Source: an uncultured Gammaproteobacteria bacterium (GTDB lineage Bacteria > Cyanobacteriota > Vampirovibrionia > LMEP-6097). Taken from it: 34,863 nt of DNA. The notes under the pieces are model-generated. The model was not told the DNA's origin, did no database searches, and worked only from the letters and a program-made list of their open reading frames with translations. Shown here in pieces: positions 27,679 to 34,863 of this stretch. The stretch spans positions 1 to 34,863 of the forward strand of contig CAZQXM010000005.1 in assembly GCA_964597205.1 (NCBI GenBank), read 5' to 3'. Numbering within the stretch: position 1 is the stretch's first letter; each line of letters starts with the position of its first letter. The translations under genes and the position numbers were made by a program.

Positions 27679-28422
27679 ATGGCGGAAACAGTTAAGTTTA
27701 AGGTTAAAAGACAAGATAGTCCCGATAGCTCATCATATTATGACAACTTTGAAGTGCCACTAGAGCCGAGCATGAATGTGATCTCCTTATTAATGGCGAC
27801 GCGTGCATATCCAGAAACTACAGATGGTAAAGCTACTACGCCGGTCTGTTTTGAATCTAGTTGTTTAGAAGAAGTTTGCGGTGCTTGCACCATGGTTATC
27901 AACGGTAAAGTAAGACAGGCTTGCACAGCGCTAGTCAGTCAGTTCGAGCAACCAATTAAACTTGAGCCGATGTCTAAGTTTCCTGTTAAGCGTGACTTGG
28001 TGGTGAATCGTTCCGTGATGTTCGACAACCTGAGAAAAGTTAAAGCTTGGGTAGATGTCGATGGTATCTACGATCTAGGCGAAGGTCCTCTAGTGCAGCC
28101 AGCTATTCAAGAAGATAGCTACCTTCTAAGTCGCTGTATGACTTGTGGTTGCTGCCTTGAAGTTTGCCCGCAGTGGACTTACGACAATAGTTTTATCGGT
28201 GCGCAAGCTATATCTCAAGCGGTCTTGTTTAACAGTCTACCTAGTGGTGCGAATCTCAGAACCGATCGTACTCAAGCGCTAATCGATAATGGGCTTAACG
28301 ATTGTGGTAACGCACAAGAATGTGTGAAAGCTTGTCCTAAAGAAATTCCTCTTACTGAGAGTATCGCTAAAGCTAATCGTGAAGCGACTATACAATCGAT
28401 AACTAGCTTCCTTAATGTCTAA
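27679..28422 (+). CDS. sdhB: Succinate dehydrogenase Fe-S subunit (Bacillus-type)
   Basis: SCLEEVCGACTMVING..RQAC, CMTCGCCLEVCP and CGNAQECVKACPK. Confidence 0.94.
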   Translation: MAETVKFKVKRQDSPDSSSYYDNFEVPLEPSMNVISLLMATRAYPETTDGKATTPVCFESSCLEEVCGACTMVINGKVRQACTALVSQFEQPIKLEPMSKFPVKRDLVVNRSVMFDNLRKVKAWVDVDGIYDLGEGPLVQPAIQEDSYLLSRCMTCGCCLEVCPQWTYDNSFIGAQAISQAVLFNSLPSGANLRTDRTQALIDNGLNDCGNAQECVKACPKEIPLTESIAKANREATIQSITSFLNV

Positions 28423-29284
28423 AGCACTATTATTTCTGGCTCCTTGGGCTATTGCTTTTATATTATTTTTCTTTGGACCTATAATTGCTAGTCTATATTT
28501 GTCTTTCACGAATTTCGATGGGCTTAATACAGCTCAGTGGCTGGGTTTGGCGAACTACCATGAAATGCTCGCACGCGATCCGATGTTTTGGACTTCGCTT
28601 AAAGTTACATTAAGTTTTGCAGTGGTCGCTTTACCACTTGGAACCATCTTCGCCATCTTTGTAGCTATCTTATTGAATCAACGCATCATCGGACAAAGCG
28701 CTTATCGCTCATTGATCTATCTGCCTACTATTATTCCTATAGTAGCCTCGAGCGTAGTTTGGTCTTGGGTATTTAAAGCTGATCAGACTGGTCTATTAAA
28801 TAATTTACTAATGCCAGTTTATAAGCTAGTCGGTATGCCAGCACCAATGTGGCTCGCTGACCCGCATTGGGCTTTGCCAGCATTAATCATTATGAGTTTT
28901 TGGTCACTAGGAAATCCGATTGTGATCTACTTGGCTGGTCTGCAAAATATTCCAGAGTCTCTATACGAAGCCGCTGAGATTGATGGTGCTGGGAGTTTGG
29001 CGAAACTCTGGCATATCACTCTACCAATGTTATCGCCGACTATTTTTTTCAATGTTACAGTCGGACTTATTCAAGTCTTTCAATATTTCGTACCGGCTTA
29101 TGTGATGACTTCTGGCGGACCGCAAGGCGCGACTATGTTCTACTCGCTCTATGCTTATCAAGTGGCTTTCGATGATTTTAGAATGGGTTATGCTTCGGCG
29201 CTAGCTTGGGTTCTGTTCTTAGTGGTTTTAGTCGCTACGATGCTGAGTTTTAGGTTGTCGAGGGATTTGGTGCATTATAGTTAG
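28415..29284 (+). CDS. Carbohydrate ABC transporter permease
   Basis: FLAPW, GLANY and EAA loop LAGLQNIPESLYEAAEIDGA..HITLP. Confidence 0.92.
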   Translation: MSKALLFLAPWAIAFILFFFGPIIASLYLSFTNFDGLNTAQWLGLANYHEMLARDPMFWTSLKVTLSFAVVALPLGTIFAIFVAILLNQRIIGQSAYRSLIYLPTIIPIVASSVVWSWVFKADQTGLLNNLLMPVYKLVGMPAPMWLADPHWALPALIIMSFWSLGNPIVIYLAGLQNIPESLYEAAEIDGAGSLAKLWHITLPMLSPTIFFNVTVGLIQVFQYFVPAYVMTSGGPQGATMFYSLYAYQVAFDDFRMGYASALAWVLFLVVLVATMLSFRLSRDLVHYS

Positions 29285-29380
29285 AACCGGTCACAGATTG
29301 TGATCAATTTTAATTGTGGTTAAGATTGAGCTTGATGCTAGAGCAATTAGGATTGGCTTAGCTCAAGGCGTAAGAAAGCA

Positions 29381-29446
29381 AAGCTTAAATAGTGCACTCG
29401 TGTTGAAAGCGCAAAAACGAGCCGTCGGGCTCATTTTTGCTAAGAC
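29381..29446 (+). repeat. Hairpin repeat family B, full copy
   Basis: AAGCTTAAATAGTGCACTCGTGTTGAAAGC then GCAAAAACGAGCC-GTCG-GGCTCATTTTTGC-TAAGAC. Confidence 0.9.
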
Positions 29447-29465
29447 AATCAAAATCGCTCTAAAG

Positions 29466-29497
29466 AAAAAAGAGCGATCTGAGTAGGCAGATCGCTC
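29466..29497 (-). terminator. Intrinsic terminator on the minus strand
   Basis: 10-bp stem GAGCGATCTG/CAGATCGCTC (29472-29497) followed on the minus strand by T6. Confidence 0.7.
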
Positions 29498-29674
29498 CTA
29501 ATGAGGGGGGTGTGTATTACTTATCATAATACTTTCAAGTTAAGCCCAGATTAAGAGTCTTATCTTTCAATTAGAAACTGTATTTACGTCAGCAAAGACT
29601 AGTCTAAATGACCTATTTTACCCTTTAGACCTAGGAGGCTTAAAGCCTTGCTCAGTGCTAATATTGGCTTGATT

Positions 29675-31060
29675 ATGACTAAAACTACTAGCCTTAGCAG
29701 TACTGATCTTAGCGGAGTTAAGAAGATTTTCGCCACTGAACTAGCTGAGATTTCAACGGCACTTGAACCCAAGTTTAAGGAACTGCAAAAAACTCTAAGT
29801 ACAGCAAGTTCTAAACTTGAGTACTTCAAGTGGCTAGATTTTGATTATTTGCGCAAGGTGAATGCTGAGACTAAAGCATTAGCAAGTTCTATTAAAAGTA
29901 AAGGTATACGTAACGCTCTAGTGGTTGGCATGGGCGGCTCTGGAATCAACTCTATGGTTTTGCAAAATGCTTTGCAAGAATTCAGACCAGCAAATGCTCA
30001 AAGTATCAAAGTTATAGTACAAAACAATCTTGATCCTAGTAGCCTTAAATCAAGACTACTTAAGCTGGATGTTAGTGGCGAGCTTGATAAAACTATTTTT
30101 ATTGTTATCTCCAAATCCGGCAGCACCGATGAAGTAACGCGCAACACTAATACTATTATTAACTACCTCGCTCGATCTCTTGGCAAAGCTGTGGGAGAAC
30201 AAACTGAGGTTTTAGCTAACTTCGCTAGTCGCTTAGTGATTATCACTGAACCCGCTCAAGAAGGAAAGAAAAATTTCTTATTAGATCTTAAAAAGGAAAT
30301 CGAGACTAAAAGCTCTGTCGATATTCCTAGTCTTGAAAACCATCCTTTCGTCGGCGGACGCTTCTCAATGTTCTCGCCTGTCGGCATGCTTAGTGCTGAA
30401 CTAATGGGGCTCAGTAGTGATGCGCTAATCGCTGGCGCTGAAGCTTGTTGGAAGGATTTCTCAGCTGCTAGCTTAGCTGATTCTACAGTAGCTCAATTAG
30501 CATTGCTAGACATCACGCTAGTACGCAAACATGGCTACGCTCACAGGTACAGCATGGTTTATGCTGATGCGCTTGAAGCTGTGAATAAATTCCGGGCTCA
30601 GCTTAAAGGCGAGTCGCTGAACAAAACTGGCATTGATTCTACGGTGCATGTCGCTGGCATCGGTACCGTCAATCACCACTCAGATCTAGAGTTACTACTC
30701 AAAGATGGTAACAAATTAATACTAGAGCAGATTTATTTCGCTAGACCAACGCTTGATCATATTAATCAAAGCACAGGATTAGAGGCTTTCAAAGCTATAG
30801 AGAATGAATCTAATCACGAATCATTATTACGCAATCACATTAAACCACTAGGCGCTTATTTATTAGGCAAGAATTGTCCAGTAATCGAGACCGTGATCTC
30901 AGAACAAAAAGAAGAACCACTAGCTTATTTCTTAATGCAGGACATGTTGGTTACTATAGTACAAGCTGGTCTCCAAGATGCTCCAGGCGCTGTTGAGAAG
31001 CTGGATCTAGCGATTAGGCAGTGGGAAGTTGAGAATTACAAGAAGGCGCTGAGAAAGTAA
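29675..31060 (+). CDS. pgi: Glucose-6-phosphate isomerase family protein (divergent)
   Basis: GMGGS, SKSGSTDE, VGGRFS, QLKGESLNK, GTVNHHS and QWEVENYK. ATG 29675 preferred (TGcTAATAT 10 nt upstream). Confidence 0.82.
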   Translation: MTKTTSLSSTDLSGVKKIFATELAEISTALEPKFKELQKTLSTASSKLEYFKWLDFDYLRKVNAETKALASSIKSKGIRNALVVGMGGSGINSMVLQNALQEFRPANAQSIKVIVQNNLDPSSLKSRLLKLDVSGELDKTIFIVISKSGSTDEVTRNTNTIINYLARSLGKAVGEQTEVLANFASRLVIITEPAQEGKKNFLLDLKKEIETKSSVDIPSLENHPFVGGRFSMFSPVGMLSAELMGLSSDALIAGAEACWKDFSAASLADSTVAQLALLDITLVRKHGYAHRYSMVYADALEAVNKFRAQLKGESLNKTGIDSTVHVAGIGTVNHHSDLELLLKDGNKLILEQIYFARPTLDHINQSTGLEAFKAIENESNHESLLRNHIKPLGAYLLGKNCPVIETVISEQKEEPLAYFLMQDMLVTIVQAGLQDAPGAVEKLDLAIRQWEVENYKKALRK

Positions 31061-31067
31061 AAGACTA

Positions 31068-33038
31068 CTAGGCTAGTAAAGTTGACTCTAATTCCCTCGC
31101 CTTAATCTCCGCTCGTATCTTAGTAGTGAAATCCGCAACTGACATTTCAGCCTGAGCTTCCCCACGACGATAACGCACATTCACTGAACCATGTTCTAGT
31201 TCTTTATCACCCACAATTAGCATATAAGGAATCTGTTGTTCCTGAGCGTTACGGATTTTATAATTCATGCGCTCAGATCTAGCATCCACTGTTACGCGCA
31301 GACCTTCATCGATCATCTCATCAGCAATACGCTGAGCGTAATCATTATGCTTGTCAGTAACGGGGATGACTATCGCTTGAGTCGGCGCTAACCAAGTAGG
31401 GAAAGCACCAGCGAAGTGTTCGATAATTACCATCGAGATACGCTCCATAGATCCGAATATTGCTCTATGTATCATTACTGGCTGCTCAGGCTCCGAGTTA
31501 GCATTAGTATAAGTGAGGTTGAAACGCTGTGGCAGATTGAAGTCCAGCTGTATAGTAGCCCCCTGCCAGATTCTACCGATAGCATCTTTCATTTTGAAAT
31601 CTATTTTAGGTCCGTAGAAAGCGCCATCGCCAGGATTAAGTTCATAATTAACACCAAGTCCATTAAGTGCTTGCTTAAGTCCAGCTTCAGCGAAGTCCCA
31701 AATATCCGCGCCACCAATAGCATCAACTGGACGAGTAGATAGTTCAACTGTGAAAGTTAAACCAAGAGTGCCGTAGATTTTCTCGATGAGTCTATAAACA
31801 CCTTGAATCTCATCAACGAACTGCTCGCGAGTACAGAATATATGTGCGTCATCTTGAGTGAAACCACGCACCCGCGCAAGCCCGTGAACCGCTCCGCTAG
31901 CTTCATTGCGGTACACAGTGCCCATCTCTGCCATGCGTACAGGCAGCTCTCTATAACTCTTCTTAGCGTTTTGGAATATAAGAATATGGAAAGGACAGTT
32001 CATCGGCTTAAGCACGTATTCTTGCTCGTCCACCTTCAATGAGTACATGTTGTCTTTATAGAAACTATTGTGCCCTGATGTATCCCAGAGTTCAGACTTG
32101 GCTATATGCGGCGTCACCACGAACTCATAGCCAGCTTTGCGATGTTCCTTCTTCCAGAAATCTTCTAGCTCTTGGCGCACAGTAGCAAGGTTAGAATGCC
32201 AGAATATCAGTCCAGCACCGGCTAGTTCGTGAGTCGAAAATAAATCCATGGACTTCGCTAGGCGGCGGTGATCGCGAGCTTCAGCTTCTTCTTTACGTTT
32301 GAGATATTGTTCTAGCTCTTCATCTGTCCACCAAACAGTACCGTAGATTCTCTGCAGTGCATCTTTGGCAACATCACCGCGCCAGTTAGTACCCGATACG
32401 TTAGTGAGCTTGATAGCTTTAATAAATTTAGTATTAGGCAGATGTGGACCAGCGCAAAAATCCGACCAAACCTTAGCACCATTATTATCAATGAAGTAAT
32501 ACTCGGTTGGATTATCATTGCGATGCTCTTCAAGTAATTCTGCTTTATAAATTTCACCTTTAGCGCGAAATTCTTTCAATGCTGCATCCACGTCAGCCAC
32601 TGGCTCACAGCGCAATTCATAAGCACCAGAAGCGAATTTTTTCATCTCTTTCTCGATATTCAAGAGGTCATCATCAGAGATAGCTTTGCCACCCTCAGTG
32701 CGAAAGTCATAGAAAAATCCATTCTCAGTAGCTGGACCCACACCCACGCGCGCATATGGAAATAATTTCTGGACGACAGCAGCAAGTACGTGTGAGGTAG
32801 TGTGTCTTAAAACTTCATAGCTGCGTTTATCACCTACGCAAACTATCTTCACTTCATCGCCATCATTAAGCTTGCTAGTTAAATCATAAACTTCACCATT
32901 GCGCTCAAGCGCTACAGCTTTTTTGGCTAAGCCAGGTGATATAGATTTAGCTAAATCTAAACCAGTGCTGCCAGATGGTAGTTGACGGCTGCTGCCGTCA
33001 GGGAGTTTGATAGTAATCTGGGAAGTGGTGCTAGTCAT
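31068..33038 (-). CDS. thrS: Threonine--tRNA ligase
   Basis: TGS domain, RHTTSH, C.GPH, KPMNCP, RVRGFTQDDAH, FYGPKID and HRAIFGSMER. Confidence 0.98.
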   Translation of the reverse strand: MTSTTSQITIKLPDGSSRQLPSGSTGLDLAKSISPGLAKKAVALERNGEVYDLTSKLNDGDEVKIVCVGDKRSYEVLRHTTSHVLAAVVQKLFPYARVGVGPATENGFFYDFRTEGGKAISDDDLLNIEKEMKKFASGAYELRCEPVADVDAALKEFRAKGEIYKAELLEEHRNDNPTEYYFIDNNGAKVWSDFCAGPHLPNTKFIKAIKLTNVSGTNWRGDVAKDALQRIYGTVWWTDEELEQYLKRKEEAEARDHRRLAKSMDLFSTHELAGAGLIFWHSNLATVRQELEDFWKKEHRKAGYEFVVTPHIAKSELWDTSGHNSFYKDNMYSLKVDEQEYVLKPMNCPFHILIFQNAKKSYRELPVRMAEMGTVYRNEASGAVHGLARVRGFTQDDAHIFCTREQFVDEIQGVYRLIEKIYGTLGLTFTVELSTRPVDAIGGADIWDFAEAGLKQALNGLGVNYELNPGDGAFYGPKIDFKMKDAIGRIWQGATIQLDFNLPQRFNLTYTNANSEPEQPVMIHRAIFGSMERISMVIIEHFAGAFPTWLAPTQAIVIPVTDKHNDYAQRIADEMIDEGLRVTVDARSERMNYKIRNAQEQQIPYMLIVGDKELEHGSVNVRYRRGEAQAEMSVADFTTKIRAEIKARELESTLLA

Positions 33039-33080
33039 TCAGATTCAATTCTAGCCCTAAGACTTTAACTAAAGCAATAC

Positions 33081-33896
33081 TTATAAGTACGGATTATACT
33101 GCCCTACTGGCGCCGTTTGCTGACTTGGCGCAGCAAAACCACCAGTTGAAGGAGTGCTATAACCTTGCGGAGCATATTGCTGGACTTGAGCTTGCGGAGC
33201 TGCATTTATTTGTAGAGGTTGGTCAAGTACGAAAGGCACTGGGGTACCAGATTTCATAACAAACTCTTCGCCTTTTTTAATTGCACCACCAAGCAAGCCG
33301 ATACCAGCACCTATGCCAGTTCCGATAGCTGCGCCTTTACCTTTAGAACCACCGCTAATTGCTGAGCCAACTAGTCCAGAGAGTGCACCAGCACCAGCTC
33401 CGATAGCTGTACCTTTAGCTATAGAGCTAACAGCACCGCCATCAGCTGATAATGAGAATGTAGTAGATTCGACTTTCGCAGATAATGGATAACGGCGACC
33501 GTCTGGAGTGATTACAGAAGTGAGACGTATGTCTATAGAACCTGGTCTACCAGCGCGTCTTGCTGACTCAACCGCTACTATCTGACCTTGCACTGTAGAG
33601 CCTGGACCAGCGACAAGCTGATTACCAGCATAAATAGGACCAGTGAGTGTCGCGTTGAAAGTTTGACCAACAGTACTAATCTCTGAGCCAAGAGCTTCAT
33701 TAATAGTTACTGATACTGGTGTTCCTGCTGGCACAAAACTTACTTGTCCTTGAAGAACTGGTTGTTGTTGGTAACCTTGAGCATATGCTTGAGGTTGAGC
33801 GAAACCCTGCGGCGCGTAACCATAGCCTTCAGCGCCAACTGGCATCTGGGCCGCGATACTAATCATAGATATATATAGTAGTGATTGTTTTTTCAT
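33081..33896 (-). CDS. Exported protein with TrbI/VirB10-like beta domain and glycine zipper
   Basis: Signal peptide, VPAGT....GS.V.G.I pattern, GxxxG zipper and Gln/Pro/Tyr-rich termini. SD AGGGG. Confidence 0.7.
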   Translation of the reverse strand: MKKQSLLYISMISIAAQMPVGAEGYGYAPQGFAQPQAYAQGYQQQPVLQGQVSFVPAGTPVSVTINEALGSEISTVGQTFNATLTGPIYAGNQLVAGPGSTVQGQIVAVESARRAGRPGSIDIRLTSVITPDGRRYPLSAKVESTTFSLSADGGAVSSIAKGTAIGAGAGALSGLVGSAISGGSKGKGAAIGTGIGAGIGLLGGAIKKGEEFVMKSGTPVPFVLDQPLQINAAPQAQVQQYAPQGYSTPSTGGFAAPSQQTAPVGQYNPYL

Positions 33897-33929
33897 AATA
33901 TTTTATTTCCCCTGTTGTTAATAGTAATT

Positions 33930-34268
33930 TTAGCGCAGTAGAGCTGCCACTGACGCTTCAAGTTGTGGGATGTCGACAGGCTGCTTCGTTCCAGCAAGCA
34001 CCACTAAATATGCTGGCTGTCCAACTTCAGGTATGCCGGGTAACTGTGCTAGTAACCAAGCACCCTTCTCAGCGAGTACTATAGCGGTATTAATATCAGC
34101 AGCATCGCCAGAAAAACTAGCAGAAAAAACATCAGCGAACAAGGCTTGATGACCGGCAGGCACTCTAAAACCAGCGCGGCTATCCACCACCATAAATTCA
34201 GAATCTAAAAGCGCATAACCATCGACACCTTCGACTGCTAGCAAATTAGTGAAATCATTCTTGCTCAT
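33930..34268 (-). CDS. Small Roadblock/LC7 (MglB)-like protein
   Basis: LLAVEGVDGYALLDSEFMVVDS resembles a roadblock N-terminus; about 112 aa. ATG 34268 overlaps the end of the upstream gene. Confidence 0.5.
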   Translation of the reverse strand: MSKNDFTNLLAVEGVDGYALLDSEFMVVDSRAGFRVPAGHQALFADVFSASFSGDAADINTAIVLAEKGAWLLAQLPGIPEVGQPAYLVVLAGTKQPVDIPQLEASVAALLR

Positions 34269-34746
34269 CTTCACTTGGTTCATCGTCATCATCCTTGGCT
34301 ATTTTTTGCTTGATCTTGAGTTCAGTAACATCCACCCAAGCTTCACCAAGAGCTACCGCAAATACCTTACCTTCAACACGCACCATATCACCGTGCTCGA
34401 CTCCAGAAAGTATCTCATCATCCTTAAACATTTTAATCGGCACAGCCAATTTAAGCTCGACTAAAGGTATCTTGGGATGATCTGGCCGAGTTAGCACAAT
34501 TCCAACAAAATCCTTGCTTGAGCGCATGGCATTTTTATAATCAAGGGGCAGAGTGGAAAAAGCATAAAATTCACCTTCAACTGCTATTCTGTGACCTTTA
34601 TATTTAGCCGGGCTAGCAACTAAATCAACAGTAGCCATCGGCGGGGCATCGCACTGAGAAGCGGCTAAAAATACCGCCTCTGAGGGTAAAAACGCCAAAA
34701 CTAGCGTGAAAATGCATAAAAATGACCTTAAAAAAGACCTGAACAT
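34255..34746 (-). CDS. Exported hypothetical protein, OB-fold-like
   Basis: Signal peptide from ATG 34746. P.KYKG.RI.VEG and GD.VRVEGKV OB-fold-like patterns. Confidence 0.68.
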   Translation of the reverse strand: MFRSFLRSFLCIFTLVLAFLPSEAVFLAASQCDAPPMATVDLVASPAKYKGHRIAVEGEFYAFSTLPLDYKNAMRSSKDFVGIVLTRPDHPKIPLVELKLAVPIKMFKDDEILSGVEHGDMVRVEGKVFAVALGEAWVDVTELKIKQKIAKDDDDEPSEDEQE

Positions 34747-34789
34747 AGGATCTATCATAGCAGCAATTAATATGTTATAATACATAGCT

Positions 34790-34829
34790 CTGCTCAAGAG
34801 TGTTGTCCCCGCTCTTGAGCAGTTTTTTT
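34790..34829 (+). terminator. Intrinsic terminator-like hairpin on the plus strand
   Basis: CTGCTCAAGAGT/GCTCTTGAGCAG stem followed by T7. Confidence 0.72.
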
Positions 34830-34863
34830 CTAATATGCTCAGCCCAGAAAAGCTAGATACTCT

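Noticed and set aside
29335-29361. Leaderless micro-ORF MLEQLGLA* 8 nt after TAAGAT
   Set aside because: Too short to distinguish from chance without conservation or ribosome profiling data.
10791-29446. Hairpin repeats as a CRISPR array
   Set aside because: Copies are dispersed, variable and in both orientations, with no regular spacers and no cas genes.
1595-34480. Other 60-130 aa ORFs nested in or antisense to recognised genes
   Set aside because: They overlap well-supported CDSs and have no motifs or initiation signals.

Overview
This is a gene-dense housekeeping region. Several proteins look cyanobacterial (L34, Slt, family-5 solute-binding protein), SdhB is Bacillus-type and there are no photosynthesis genes, so a non-photosynthetic cyanobacterial relative (Vampirovibrionia/Melainabacteria) is my inference. 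Recognisable genes: rlmN (partial), slt, phoX, a fliP/Q/R (sctR/S/T)-type export gate, rnhA, a HAD hydrolase, tsaD, rlmD, rpmH (missed by the ORF track), rnpA, peptide ABC components, doxX, rpmF, nadA, a TIGR01212 radical SAM, ubiX, bioF, a DEDDh exonuclease, smpB, sdhB, a sugar permease, pgi and thrS, plus about eight orphan genes. I saw no rRNA, tRNA, CRISPR array or transposase. Four observations stand out. (1) The stand-alone type III export gate has SctR/S-like traits, and its FliQ/SctS carries a ~240-aa disordered tail. (2) A dispersed hairpin repeat occurs 7 times, typically with a 13-bp stem and 4-nt loop, shows covariation, and supplies stop codons and C-terminal peptides to unrelated genes. 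(3) A second palindromic repeat is translated in frame inside TsaD and UbiX. (4) About 16 genes have a -10 hexamer 6-10 nt before the start codon, suggesting widespread leaderless or short-leader expression. There are also two tiny promoter-to-terminator units that may be sRNAs. All product calls come from motif recognition by eye; no database searches were run.
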